A stretch of DNA of 64,000 nt. Source: a bacterium (lineage in GTDB: Bacteria > Patescibacteriota > Patescibacteriia > Patescibacteriales > GWC2-42-12). The notes under the pieces were generated by a model. The model saw only the letters and a list, made by a program, of their open reading frames with translations. It had not been told where the DNA came from and searched no databases. Both the position numbers and the translations under genes were made by a program. Within the stretch, counting starts at the first letter, position 1. Each line of letters begins with the position of its first letter. Location of the stretch: contig JAUSGE010000020.1 in assembly GCA_030649205.1 (NCBI GenBank), positions 850 through 64,849 of the forward strand. The letters run 5' to 3'. Shown here piece after piece: positions 1 through 8,557 of this stretch.

Positions 1-143
1 TGGCAGTTTTTTAAAGTCGGGCTTTGCTCGTTAATGAATTTATACTTTTAAAAGCGGGGGCAGCCTGTCCGCCTCGGGCGGAGGCGCTTTTAAAAAATAG
101 TTTAAAACCTTTTTTTGAATTCAGTTCGAGCTAATTTATAAAA

Positions 144-224
144 TGCCAGCCAATTTGGAAAGGTGTCGCTTCGCGACGCCAGCTCCCACTCAAATTCAGC
201 TAAAAATTCAAACTTTCCGCCTTG
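144..224. repeat. Left inverted repeat (IR-L) of the serine-recombinase cassette
   Basis: tgccagccaatttgg...caaactttccgccttg is the reverse complement (about 85 percent identity by eye, one 3-nt indel) of 2104..2180. On the minus strand it reads [24 protein letters not shown], mirroring the recombinase C-terminus. Confidence 0.85.
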
Positions 225-260
225 CCAGCCAAAAGAAAACTTTTCTTTTTTTAAATTTAG

Positions 261-307
261 ATTAAATAAAAACGAGTCGCGGGCAGTAATTAAACCGCCT
301 GCGACTC
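261..307 (-). terminator. Rho-independent terminator downstream of the 109-aa ORF
   Basis: The minus strand reads gagtcgcaggcgg...ccgcgactc (hairpin) followed by GTTTTTATTT, 13 nt after the stop at 320. Confidence 0.6.
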
Positions 308-319
308 AATGGAAAATCT

Positions 320-649
320 TTAAATTCCCTTTCGCAAAGGGACAACCGAGTCGAAACTGGACTCGATCTCGGGATCAATAATGGCACTACCCTTTTGCTG
401 AAAATAATCAACCAATTCATCCCACGTCATTTGGACCATTATCACCCCCTCAAGTTTCGCAGCAATGATAAGTCTCACGGCTTTCCCCTCTGATGAGAAA
501 ACATAAATTTCTCTACTCCCCTGCGCACAAAGAGTAGAGGACTTATCCTTGGTCTGAATAATTACAACTGGATCGGGATGTGGGATTGATACCTTTATTC
601 CGCTTGCTTCGTTAACCAATACCCCTGGTACTACCTCCTTAAAAGCCAT
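320..649 (-). CDS. Hypothetical protein, 109 aa (element cargo)
   Basis: ORF-track ORF with a GGGAGG Shine-Dalgarno about 8 nt upstream of the ATG and a terminator downstream. Divergent from the recombinase. No family recognised. Confidence 0.6.
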   Translation of the reverse strand: MAFKEVVPGVLVNEASGIKVSIPHPDPVVIIQTKDKSSTLCAQGSREIYVFSSEGKAVRLIIAAKLEGVIMVQMTWDELVDYFQQKGSAIIDPEIESSFDSVVPLRKGI

Positions 650-738
650 GATGCTACCTCCCTTTTTTACATTATTGTTGATAAAGAATATTTCTTTATA
701 AATTTAAAGATTTTTTATAATAACATATAGAACTAACC

Positions 739-2373
739 ATGTCAAATCCAAAATTCTTTCTCTACGCCAGAAAATCCACTGATGATGAAGAACGGCAAAT
801 TTTAAGCATTGAAGCCCAGCTTGCCGAATTAAAAGAATTTGCCAACACAGAAAAACTTGAAATCGCCGCCTCCTTCACGGAGGCAAAAACTGCCAAAGAA
901 CCTGGCCGAATGAAATTCGGCGAAATGCTAGCTTTGATTGAACAAGGCAAGGCTGATGGCATACTTTCATGGCATCCTGACCGTTTAGCCCGCAACCCGA
1001 TTGACGGCGGTAGAATCATCTATATGGTTGATACGGGCAAAATAAAATCTCTCAAATTCCCCTCTTTTTGGTTTGAGGACACGCCACAGGGAAAGTTTAT
1101 GCTTAACATCGCTTTCGGGCAAAGTAAATATTTTATAGACAACCTTTCGGAAAACGTAAAACGAGGCCTTAGACAAAAGCTAAGAAACGGAGTTTATCCG
1201 GGCTGGGCGCCTTTGGGTTATCTAAACGAGCCTAAACGCCACAATATTGTCATTGATCCGGTTAAGCATAAACTTATCCGCAAGCTATTTGAGATATATG
1301 CCGGCGGTGAACATACGCTTGAAGCATTAACGACCAAATTTAACGATCTAGGGCTAACTAGCGTGCGTGATAAGGCCTTACAGCTAAGTATGGCCCATAG
1401 AATACTGCGAAGTCCGTTTTATTACGGCGTGTTCAAATATAAAGGCGAAACCTACCAAGGCAAACACGAGCCAATTATAACCAAGAAGCTTTTTGATCAG
1501 GTACAAGAAGTAATGCGATATAGAGGCAAAAAACGAAAAATAATCAGGCACGGTTTTATCTTTACCGGATTTTTAAAATGCTCTTGCGGCTGTTCTATAA
1601 CCGCCGAAACTAAAAAGGGGCATATCTATTATAGATGCACAAAAAAGAAAGGGCTTTGCGCTGAAAAATATATTAGAGAAGAAAAACTAACAGAGCAATT
1701 TAAAAATATATTACAAAAAGTTTCTTTACCCGATGATTGGGCGGATAAGATGCTAAATGAATTAGATAAAGAAAAAATAACGGCCGCCCAATCATCCGTT
1801 GCCCTTGTCGAAAAAACCCGGGCGGAAATTAATAAAACCGAAACCAGACTTGATAATCTGCTTAATGACCGGATAGACGGGATAATAGAAAAAGCGGATT
1901 ATGTTAATAAAAAAGACAGCCTGATTAAAGAGAAACTGGATTTTCAGGATAAAATAAGAGAAATTAAAGACAAGGGCAATAATTGGCTCGAACCCATGAG
2001 AGATTTTATTTTGCGTTCAAAGTTAGCAAAAAAGACCGCCGATGAAGGCGATCTTTCTGAACTCAAAGCATTTCTAAAAAATATCGGCTCGAACTTTATT
2101 TTGCAAGGCGGAAAGTTTGAATTTTTAGCACAATTTGAGTGGGAGCTGGCATCGCGTAGCGACGCATTTCCCAATTGGCACGGGATGGAGGAATCGAACC
2201 CCCGCATGCGGTTTTGGAGACCGCCGTACTGCCACTATACGAATCCCGCAAAAATAACAGCGACTGGCTGTTATTTAGTTTCTTTATGCAAAGTGTGTTT
2301 TTTGCAGTGCTCGCAGAATTTATTAAGTTCCAAGCGATTTTTCAAAATCTTTTTGTTTTTTCTGGAAAAATAG
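739..2373 (+). CDS. Large serine recombinase (resolvase/invertase N-domain, recombinase domain, zinc ribbon, coiled coil). The 3' end runs antisense through tRNA-Trp and rpmG.
   Basis: N-terminal [21 protein letters not shown] and HPDRLAR motifs, the Cys cluster [10 protein letters not shown]...YYRC...C, and a long K/E-rich helical tail. There is no in-frame stop until 2373, so the last approximately 65 aa are probably not native. Confidence 0.9.
   Translation: MSNPKFFLYARKSTDDEERQILSIEAQLAELKEFANTEKLEIAASFTEAKTAKEPGRMKFGEMLALIEQGKADGILSWHPDRLARNPIDGGRIIYMVDTGKIKSLKFPSFWFEDTPQGKFMLNIAFGQSKYFIDNLSENVKRGLRQKLRNGVYPGWAPLGYLNEPKRHNIVIDPVKHKLIRKLFEIYAGGEHTLEALTTKFNDLGLTSVRDKALQLSMAHRILRSPFYYGVFKYKGETYQGKHEPIITKKLFDQVQEVMRYRGKKRKIIRHGFIFTGFLKCSCGCSITAETKKGHIYYRCTKKKGLCAEKYIREEKLTEQFKNILQKVSLPDDWADKMLNELDKEKITAAQSSVALVEKTRAEINKTETRLDNLLNDRIDGIIEKADYVNKKDSLIKEKLDFQDKIREIKDKGNNWLEPMRDFILRSKLAKKTADEGDLSELKAFLKNIGSNFILQGGKFEFLAQFEWELASRSDAFPNWHGMEESNPRMRFWRPPYCHYTNPAKITATGCYLVSLCKVCFLQCSQNLLSSKRFFKIFLFFLEK
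2104..2180. repeat. Right inverted repeat (IR-R), inside the recombinase 3' coding end
   Basis: caaggcggaaagtttgaattttt...cccaattggca is the reverse complement of 144..224. It encodes [25 protein letters not shown]. Confidence 0.85.
2176..2249 (-). tRNA. trnW: tRNA-Trp (anticodon CCA), CCA end encoded
   Basis: The minus strand reads GCGGGAT..GGCGGTCTCCAAAACCGC..GGGGGTTCGATTCCTCCATCCCGTGCCA. It folds as a cloverleaf with anticodon loop CTCCAAA and a T-loop GTTCGATTC. Confidence 0.9.
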
Positions 2374-2426
2374 TTGACGCGCTTGCAAGCCGCGCACTCC
2401 AGTTTGATTAGATTATCCTGTGACAT
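2271..2426 (-). CDS. rpmG: 50S ribosomal protein L33 (51 aa, below the ORF-track cutoff)
   Basis: Manual translation: [51 protein letters not shown]. It has the CxxC...CxxC zinc form and the HKE(T)K C-terminus typical of L33. Confidence 0.85.
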   Translation of the reverse strand: MSQDNLIKLECAACKRVNYFSRKNKKILKNRLELNKFCEHCKKHTLHKETK

Positions 2427-2486
2427 AATATTTTAATTTAAAAAATAAATCCAAAATCAAAAATCCTCAATCTAAAATTTCTTCGG

Positions 2487-2569
2487 TGGGCCGGGAAGGA
2501 TTCGAACCTTCGAAGGCGTGAGCCAACAGATTTACAGTCTGCCCCATTTGACCGCTTTGGTACCGACCC
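2487..2569 (-). tRNA. trnY: tRNA-Tyr (anticodon GTA), long variable arm
   Basis: The minus strand reads GGGTCGGTACC...GCAGACTGTAAATCTGT TGGCTCACGCCTTCGAA GGTTCGAATCCTTCCCGGCCCA. It has a class II variable arm. CCA is not fully encoded. Confidence 0.9.
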
Positions 2570-2582
2570 TAAAAATTCCTTG

Positions 2583-2655
2583 AGCCGTTGCGCGGAATTG
2601 AACCGCGGACCTACTCCTTACCATGGAGTTGCTCTACCAGCTGAGCTACAACGGC
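2583..2655 (-). tRNA. trnT: tRNA-Thr (anticodon GGT)
   Basis: The minus strand reads GCCGTTGTAGCTCAGCTGGTAGAGCAACTCCATGGTAAGGAGTAGGTCCGCGGTTCAATTCCGCGCAACGGCT, with anticodon loop ATGGTAA. Confidence 0.9.
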
Positions 2656-2723
2656 GTAAAAATAAAAAGTAAAATATAAAAAATAAAAAACTTTTTTATA
2701 TTTTTATTTTTTATATTTTACTC

Positions 2724-3590
2724 CTATATCCCATCAATCTGTTTTTTAAATTCAGCCAATTTATTATTCTCCGGATTGGTTTTAAATAATTTCTGATAAG
2801 CATCCAAGGCCATGGCTTTATCTTTAATTATTATACTGATTTCCAGCATGGTGTCAAGGTATCTGGGATTGGCAGGCTCTATCTTTAGCGCTTTTTTTAG
2901 GCTCTTGACGGCTTCCTGCCATTTGCCCATGGCTTGATAAATTAATGCCAAGCTAAAATGGGTCTGGGAATTTTGCTTATTCAGATTAAGTGATTTTAAA
3001 TACTCGTCGCGCGCCTCATCCAATTTTCCTGTTTCCTTGGCGATTTGCGCCAAATTTTCATAGATCGCCTCGTCATCTTCTTTTAATTTTAAAACGTGCT
3101 CAAAGGTCTGCCTCGCTTCTTCAAATTGCTTTTTCTCAAAATATACCCGGCCCAGTTCCTTGAAGGCTTTAATATTCTTGCTGTCCAGGCCGATTATTTC
3201 TATATATTTATTCTCGGCTGAATCCCAATCATTATGCTTTTTGAATTCTTCGGCTTGAATGAATAGCTGCTCTATCGCTTGCGCGCCGGAAGCGGGGGCG
3301 GCAACAGTTTTATAATCATTTTTCAATTGATATAATTTGGATAAATTCGCTTTTAACGAATTATTAACGCCCTGAAACAGGGGCGCGGCCAATCGGCTTA
3401 ATTTTGACGACCATTTTATGAGGTTGCGCTTAAGCCGATTGGAAATAATCCTCTCCTTAAACCTGGCTTCCTTCTCGGCCGGTATGTTAGCCACGTCCAA
3501 ATTAGCCAACACGGAAAATTTCTTTACCACAATCACGATAATTACGCTTAAGCTGATCAAAATTAATAGCAAGGGAATAATATTATACAT
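2724..3590 (-). CDS. Membrane-anchored TPR-repeat protein
   Basis: N-terminal hydrophobic helix (IIPLLLILISLSVIIVIVV) followed by several 34-aa TPR-like repeats (AFKELGRVYFEKKQFEEARQTFEHVLKL...). Confidence 0.75.
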   Translation of the reverse strand: MYNIIPLLLILISLSVIIVIVVKKFSVLANLDVANIPAEKEARFKERIISNRLKRNLIKWSSKLSRLAAPLFQGVNNSLKANLSKLYQLKNDYKTVAAPASGAQAIEQLFIQAEEFKKHNDWDSAENKYIEIIGLDSKNIKAFKELGRVYFEKKQFEEARQTFEHVLKLKEDDEAIYENLAQIAKETGKLDEARDEYLKSLNLNKQNSQTHFSLALIYQAMGKWQEAVKSLKKALKIEPANPRYLDTMLEISIIIKDKAMALDAYQKLFKTNPENNKLAEFKKQIDGI

Positions 3591-4449
3591 ATCGCGCTAT
3601 GCGGCCGGCGCTGCCGAATAATTTCATTTTTTCAATCACCGTTTTTTCCACCGCGCCAATGGTGGGTTTTAATAAATTTCTGGGATCGGTTTCGGTTTTA
3701 TTTTTTAAACAGACCTTTATCAAGGTTTGGCAAAAAGCGATTTTCAAATCAGAGCCCGCGTTAATTATATTGACCCCTTCTTTGATCGCTTTCTTAATTT
3801 GCGAGTTGCTCACGCCCGAACTGCCATGCAAAACAAAAGGAATCTTAACGGCTTTCCTGATGGCTTTAAGCAAACTGAAAACAATCTCTTCGTTGCTATA
3901 GACGCCGTGAGCCGTGCCTACGGCCGCGGCAATGGTATCAACCTTGGTTTCGCGAACAAACCTAATCACGTCCTCCACGCTAGCCAAGGGAATATTCTCT
4001 ATTTTTCCCCTAATATCGCCGTGGCCGCCTTTAATCGCTCCCACCTCGCCTTGGACCCAAACTTTCCTGGCATGAGCCACCTTTACCACCTGCTTGGTTA
4101 AATTTATATTTTCGTCCAAAGGCAAAGACGACGCGTCAATATGCACCGAGGTAAAACCGGAGCTGATACATTCAAACACCGCGTCAAAACTCGTGCCATG
4201 ATCAAGGTGCAAAGCGATCGGCGCCGGCGCCGCCGTGTTTTTCGCCACCGTGGAGACAATATGGGTAATCGGCTTAAGGCCCATATATTTTATGGCGCTT
4301 TCGGAAACCTGGATAATGGCCGGCGAATTGGCCTTGACGGCCGCTTGCGCCACGCCCAAAATTGACTCAAAATTGGTAATATTAAAGGCACCGGCCGCGT
4401 AGCCGCCTTTTCTAGCGTTCTCAACAATATTTTTAATATGAACCAGCAT
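3583..4449 (-). CDS. fba: Class II fructose-bisphosphate aldolase family protein
   Basis: GGYAAGAFN, IIQVSE, HLDHG and FVLHGSSG motifs of the class II FBA/tagatose-bisphosphate aldolase family. Confidence 0.85.
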   Translation of the reverse strand: MLVHIKNIVENARKGGYAAGAFNITNFESILGVAQAAVKANSPAIIQVSESAIKYMGLKPITHIVSTVAKNTAAPAPIALHLDHGTSFDAVFECISSGFTSVHIDASSLPLDENINLTKQVVKVAHARKVWVQGEVGAIKGGHGDIRGKIENIPLASVEDVIRFVRETKVDTIAAAVGTAHGVYSNEEIVFSLLKAIRKAVKIPFVLHGSSGVSNSQIKKAIKEGVNIINAGSDLKIAFCQTLIKVCLKNKTETDPRNLLKPTIGAVEKTVIEKMKLFGSAGRIARYV

Positions 4450-4454
4450 GTCAA

Positions 4455-5222
4455 TTATTTAGTTATTTCATTAGCAATTTTATAAAACTCATCCGCTTTA
4501 AGGCTGGCCCCGCCGACCAGCAAGCCGTCAAGATTTTCCAGTTTGGCAAAACCCTTAACATTGCCCGCGCCAATGCTGGCGCCATAAATGATTTTAAAAT
4601 TTTTGCTGACCGCCTGCATGCCGAACATATCATTTAATGCCAGCTTGATTATCTTGTGCGCGTACTCGGCTTCAGCCGGCTCTATGGCTGTGCCGGTGCC
4701 GATCGCCCAGGTGGGTTCATAAGCGATGATAACCTGCTGGCCGCCAAAAACATCAATGCCGGATAGCGCTTGCTGCAGCTGCTCCACTAAGACGAAATCG
4801 CGCCGATTGGTTTTTCTTTCTTCAAAATTTTCCCCGATACAGACGATAGGCGTTAATTTTTCCGTTTTTAAAACCGCTTTGACCTTTTTATGAATCATCT
4901 CGTAGTTTTCCAGCAGATATCTTCGCCGTTCGCTGTGGCCTAAAATAACATAATCACAGCCGGCTTCCGCCAGCATACTGGCGGAAGTTTCCCCCATGTA
5001 CGGACCGTTTTCTTCCCAAAAAACATTCTGCGCTCCTAATTTTATCTTGCTCCCCTTAAGGACTTTAACTGCTTCAGTCAGCGCCAGAGTTGACGGACAA
5101 ATAATAATTTCTCCTTGGTTGAAAACCGCAAATTTATCCTTAAATTTCTTGGCTAAACTGACGGACTGGGACAAAGATAGATTCATCTTCCAATTGGCGA
5201 TGACATATTTTTTTGTAGGCAT
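4455..5222 (-). CDS. tpiA: Triosephosphate isomerase
   Basis: IANWKMN, GHSERR and AYEPTWAIGTG motifs. Confidence 0.95.
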   Translation of the reverse strand: MPTKKYVIANWKMNLSLSQSVSLAKKFKDKFAVFNQGEIIICPSTLALTEAVKVLKGSKIKLGAQNVFWEENGPYMGETSASMLAEAGCDYVILGHSERRRYLLENYEMIHKKVKAVLKTEKLTPIVCIGENFEERKTNRRDFVLVEQLQQALSGIDVFGGQQVIIAYEPTWAIGTGTAIEPAEAEYAHKIIKLALNDMFGMQAVSKNFKIIYGASIGAGNVKGFAKLENLDGLLVGGASLKADEFYKIANEITK

Positions 5223-5234
5223 ATTGGGTCTCTT

Positions 5235-5297
5235 GTCATTCCCGCGGCTTGCCCCGTGAAATGCGTAGCCTATTTCACCGGGGAGGCGGGAATCCAG
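5235..5297. repeat. GTCATTCCCGC...GCGGGAATCCAG palindromic repeat (family 1, long-loop copy)
   Basis: gtcattcccgcgg...ggcgggaatccag. Related copies are at 7877, 26657, 33972, 39909 and 60538. Confidence 0.8.
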
Positions 5298-5349
5298 ATT
5301 AAATAAATATTACTTCTTAATTATATCACAAACCCGGCGATTAACAAAT

Positions 5350-6417
5350 TCAATTATTATTACTCTTATAATACAAATCCACCAGCTTTTTCGTTAAGCT
5401 GAAGCGGCTGCTGTCCGAATCCGCGCCTAAAATCACGGTCACGATTGATTGGCCGGCTTGATTCTGAAATTGGCTAACCAGGCAAAAACCGGATGAATTA
5501 ACGTAGCCGGTTTTGCCGCCTAAAATATTTATATCTCCTTGAGGAAAACTGTTTAAGAGCTCATTAGTGCTGGTAACAGCCTTTTTCCGGCCTTGCCTGG
5601 TAGTAAATTCGTATTGTTTGGTTAGCAAAGCGCGGCTGATGTCCGGATTAGCCAAGGCGATTCTGGCAAATTCGGCGACTTCGCGGGCGGTAGAAATATT
5701 ACCGTCCGCTAAGCCGACCGGATCAGCCAATCTGGTATTTTTAAAGCCCAGCTGTTTTATTTTATCGTTCATCTTTTTGACAAACTCTTCTTCGCTCAAA
5801 CCGGTGGAGCTGACCAAGGCCGCGGCGGCCGTGTTATCAGAGCCGACCAGGCTGAAATAAAATAAATCTTTCACCGTGACGCTGTCGCCGGTGAACAAAT
5901 AAATTCTGCCGCCTTCGCGCCGGTCCGAGGCGGCAATTTCATAACCGGTATCCCAGCCAGGATTGTAATCCAGAAAAGTATAGGCCGTGAACAGTTTAGT
6001 GATGCTGGCGATCGGCCAAGTCCGATCCGGCCGTTTGGCGAAAAACAAACTGTCATTTTGGCTATCCAGAATAACGCCGTTAGCCGCCGGCAAATCAAAA
6101 TCAGGGGCCGGCATGGCCGCCGGCGCCTCTTGATTCGGCGGCAAGCGCCTCATCGGCTCATTAAGCCGGGTCAGCTGCTTAAGCTGGGGTAAAACAATAG
6201 TTTTAGCCTGCTCCAGCACTTTAACAACGGCCTGATTCAAATTATCATTCTGCTCCACCAAAACGCCCGCGGCGCCCGCGGCCTCGCTTACACCCATGAT
6301 CCGGCCAACCTTAACCGGCCGCGGCTGGCCCGGCAGAGAAATCGCGCCCGGAACCAGCAGGCTTAAATTTAAAAAAATAGTGGATAAGATTAAACTGATG
6401 GCGGCAGGGATCAACAT
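5350..6417 (-). CDS. Serine-type D-Ala-D-Ala carboxypeptidase (peptidase S11-like)
   Basis: SxxK (SITK), SxN (SDN) and KTG (GKTGY) motifs in the canonical order, with an N-terminal membrane/signal segment. Confidence 0.8.
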   Translation of the reverse strand: MLIPAAISLILSTIFLNLSLLVPGAISLPGQPRPVKVGRIMGVSEAAGAAGVLVEQNDNLNQAVVKVLEQAKTIVLPQLKQLTRLNEPMRRLPPNQEAPAAMPAPDFDLPAANGVILDSQNDSLFFAKRPDRTWPIASITKLFTAYTFLDYNPGWDTGYEIAASDRREGGRIYLFTGDSVTVKDLFYFSLVGSDNTAAAALVSSTGLSEEEFVKKMNDKIKQLGFKNTRLADPVGLADGNISTAREVAEFARIALANPDISRALLTKQYEFTTRQGRKKAVTSTNELLNSFPQGDINILGGKTGYVNSSGFCLVSQFQNQAGQSIVTVILGADSDSSRFSLTKKLVDLYYKSNNN

Positions 6418-6420
6418 AAA

Positions 6421-6500
6421 ATAATTTCTACCCGGCTTTAGCCGGCGTTATTTTCTTTAGATAATTTCTACCCGGCTTTAGCCGGCGTTATTTTCTTTAG
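6421..6500. repeat. Perfect 40-bp tandem duplication containing the REP-like unit TTTCTACCCGGCTTTAGCCGG
   Basis: 6421..6460 and 6461..6500 are identical (ataatttctacccggctttagccggcgttattttctttag). The second copy encodes the last codons and the stop of scpB. Confidence 0.95.
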
Positions 6501-7029
6501 CCTCCAGCATCCTCTCAATCGTATCATCCTGATGCAGCTTTTCGTAATCCGGCAAATCCTCCAGCCGGCTTAAGCCCAGGAATCTGATAAAATCAAAAGT
6601 CGCTTTATAGTATGTTTCATTTTTCTTTTTATCAAACTTCTCTTCAATCAAGCCGCGCAAAAGCAGATTTCTGATGATCAGCGCGCAATTCACTCCCCTG
6701 ATCCGGTCCAAATCTATCTTTGTTACCGGCCCGCGGTAGGCGATAATAGTTAAAGCTTCCAAACTGGGCTTGGATAATTCGCCCGTAGTTTCATCCTTAA
6801 TGAATTCCTGAATAACTTTAGCGTTCTCCGGCGCGCTGACCATTTGATATTTAGCGCCGTCTTTTATAATTTGCACTCCGGCCTGGTTATTCTTGTAATT
6901 TTCCAGCAGTTCATCGGCGGCTTTAACTACCTCTTTTTTTTCAGCCCGCAATAAATCAGCCAGCTGGCTCGCGGCCATGGGCTTGGCGGAAATAAAGAGC
7001 AGAGATTCAATTTTTGATTTTATGGACAT
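6478..7029 (-). CDS. scpB: Segregation and condensation protein B
   Basis: Two winged-helix segments typical of ScpB (SLEALTIIAYRGPVTKIDLDRIRGV...). Located immediately downstream of scpA. Confidence 0.85.
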   Translation of the reverse strand: MSIKSKIESLLFISAKPMAASQLADLLRAEKKEVVKAADELLENYKNNQAGVQIIKDGAKYQMVSAPENAKVIQEFIKDETTGELSKPSLEALTIIAYRGPVTKIDLDRIRGVNCALIIRNLLLRGLIEEKFDKKKNETYYKATFDFIRFLGLSRLEDLPDYEKLHQDDTIERMLEAKENNAG

Positions 7030-7038
7030 ACACTTTTT

Positions 7039-7154
7039 GTCATTGCGAGGAGCCGTACTCGGCGACGAAGCAATCTCACGGATAACAAATTTCTATTTAA
7101 GACTCCATATTCGTTAGATTGCTTCCCCCGGCTCAAAGCCGGGGTCGCAATGAC
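7039..7154. repeat. GTCATTGCGAGG...AAGCAATCTC / ...TCGCAATGAC foldback repeat (family 2) between scpA and scpB
   Basis: The termini gtcattgcga and tcgcaatgac are inverted, and the internal agcaatctcac / agattgcttc segments are also inverted. Related copies are at 32820, 43164 and 44147..44298. Confidence 0.85.
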
Positions 7155-7157
7155 AAT

Positions 7158-7862
7158 TTAATTTATTTTGCTCACTTCAATCTCCCCGAACATCTCCACT
7201 TGCGCCACCACGATGTCTTTCTGTTTTATCAGCTCCAACAGGGCCAAAAAACTAACAATAATTTCGGTTTTATTTTGCGCCGCGGCTAAGATGTGATTAA
7301 AGCTGATTTTTATTTTATTTAACAGCATCTGCTCTATGGCTAAAATTTTATCTTCCAAGCTGACAGTTTGCTCTAAACTCTTTTCTTCTAATTTCTCAAC
7401 CGGCTTGATATTTTTTACGATTTGAAAAAACAGCTCGGCCAAATCATCGGCTTTTAAGTTTTCCGGCGGATAAAATAAGCGAGCGCTCCACAGAATCGCC
7501 TGGCGGTTGAACTCCCGCGCGAAGCCGAATCTTTTCCGGCCGATGATAGCTTCAATTTTTTCAGAGGCCAGCAGGAACTCCCGATATATTTTAAGCTGTT
7601 CTTCAAACTCCTGTATTTCCTCTTCAGCTTCTGCCTGCAAAAACGGCAACAGCGCCCGGGATTTAATTAACAGCAGTTTGGCCGCCACCACTAAAAAATC
7701 CGCCATGTCTTCCGGCTGAATCCCCTCGGCCTGCCTGATATACTCTATGTATTGGTCGGCAATTTTAGCTAAGCTGATTTCCGTAATATCCAGCTCTGAT
7801 TTTTCAATTAACTGCAAAAGCAGGCCTAAGGGCCCTTCAAATTTGTCTATTTTAATAATCAT
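7158..7862 (-). CDS. scpA: Segregation and condensation protein A
   Basis: N-terminal FEGPLGLLLQLIEKSELDITEISLAKIADQYIEYI, characteristic of ScpA. Confidence 0.85.
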   Translation of the reverse strand: MIIKIDKFEGPLGLLLQLIEKSELDITEISLAKIADQYIEYIRQAEGIQPEDMADFLVVAAKLLLIKSRALLPFLQAEAEEEIQEFEEQLKIYREFLLASEKIEAIIGRKRFGFAREFNRQAILWSARLFYPPENLKADDLAELFFQIVKNIKPVEKLEEKSLEQTVSLEDKILAIEQMLLNKIKISFNHILAAAQNKTEIIVSFLALLELIKQKDIVVAQVEMFGEIEVSKIN

Positions 7863-7876
7863 ATCCAGTCTAATCC

Positions 7877-7903
7877 GTCATTCCTGCGAAAGCAGGAATC
7901 CAG
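7877..7903. repeat. Family 1 palindromic repeat (gtcattcctgcgaaagcaggaatccag)
   Basis: Perfect short hairpin cattcctgc/gcaggaatc with the family consensus ends. Confidence 0.8.
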
Positions 7904-8001
7904 AAATAAGCTTGCATTTTATTTCTTTTTCTTGTTTTTCTTCTTGCTTGTTTTTTTAGTGCCGCAACAGCATCCGCATGACATAAGTTTATATTTAATT
8001 A

Positions 8002-8553
8002 TTATTTTTTCTTCTTGGCTAAAACAATTTTCTTTTTCACTCCGAAACTTCCCAATATGGCGTTTTCCAGTTTAATAAAATCTTTAACCGCCATTTCCAC
8101 CGAATGATTGAAACTGCCGGAAGCGAACACGGCCTGTTTCAAGTCGGCCAGTTTCTTTTCCATCATCACCGGCAGTTTATGCAAGCCGCCGAACGCGCCC
8201 ATGGCGCCGGCTTTTACTTTCAATAATTTAGCCATTACCGCCTCGCCCGGAATTTTAATTACTTTAATTTTCTTGCCCGCGGTTTTACTAATCCGCGCGG
8301 CCAATTTTTTAAAGTCCAGGTTGTGGTCGGCCGGCAGTAGAACCAAATAATAATCTTTATCCGCGGCTACCAGCAAAGTCTTGGCGATTTCCTTTAACTT
8401 TTTGCCCATGGTCTGCGCCGCGTCATAAGCCGTATAGACGGTTTTATGTTCCAGAATATCATGCTTAACTCCGGCTTTTTCCAAGTATTTAGCTAATTTT
8501 ACAGGAAATTTTACTTTTTTTGGCATATGATTATGATTAAAAATTATATTCAC
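8002..8553 (-). CDS. YbaK/aminoacyl-tRNA-deacylase-like domain protein (start possibly at 8526)
   Basis: Resembles the YbaK/EbsC editing-domain fold (HDILEHKTVYTAYDAAQ..., LLVAADKDYYLVLLPADHNLDFKKLA). The family call is from memory only. Confidence 0.55.
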   Translation of the reverse strand: MNIIFNHNHMPKKVKFPVKLAKYLEKAGVKHDILEHKTVYTAYDAAQTMGKKLKEIAKTLLVAADKDYYLVLLPADHNLDFKKLAARISKTAGKKIKVIKIPGEAVMAKLLKVKAGAMGAFGGLHKLPVMMEKKLADLKQAVFASGSFNHSVEMAVKDFIKLENAILGSFGVKKKIVLAKKKK

Positions 8554-8557
8554 ATTC

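Larger units (their letters stand above)
144..2180. mobile_element. Candidate integrated or invertible element: large serine recombinase plus a 109-aa ORF between about 80-bp inverted repeats, abutting tRNA-Trp
   Basis: IR-L 144..224 and IR-R 2104..2180. The outer ends are TGCCA/TGGCA, and the right end overlaps the last 5 nt of tRNA-Trp. The cargo is two divergently transcribed genes. Confidence 0.6.

Noticed and set aside
163-381. Track ORFs 163..381 (+), 1944..2207 (-) and 2175..2411 (+).
   Set aside because: The first two share a peptide only because they are read across the two inverted-repeat copies. The third runs antisense across tRNA-Trp and rpmG. None has an SD or an independent coding signal.
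2374-2426. Whether the recombinase really needs its last approximately 65 codons (2181..2373).
   Set aside because: This part is antisense to a tRNA and to the rpmG 3' end, and it has no similarity to the repeat-encoded tail. I treat it as a fortuitous read-through, not a functional domain.
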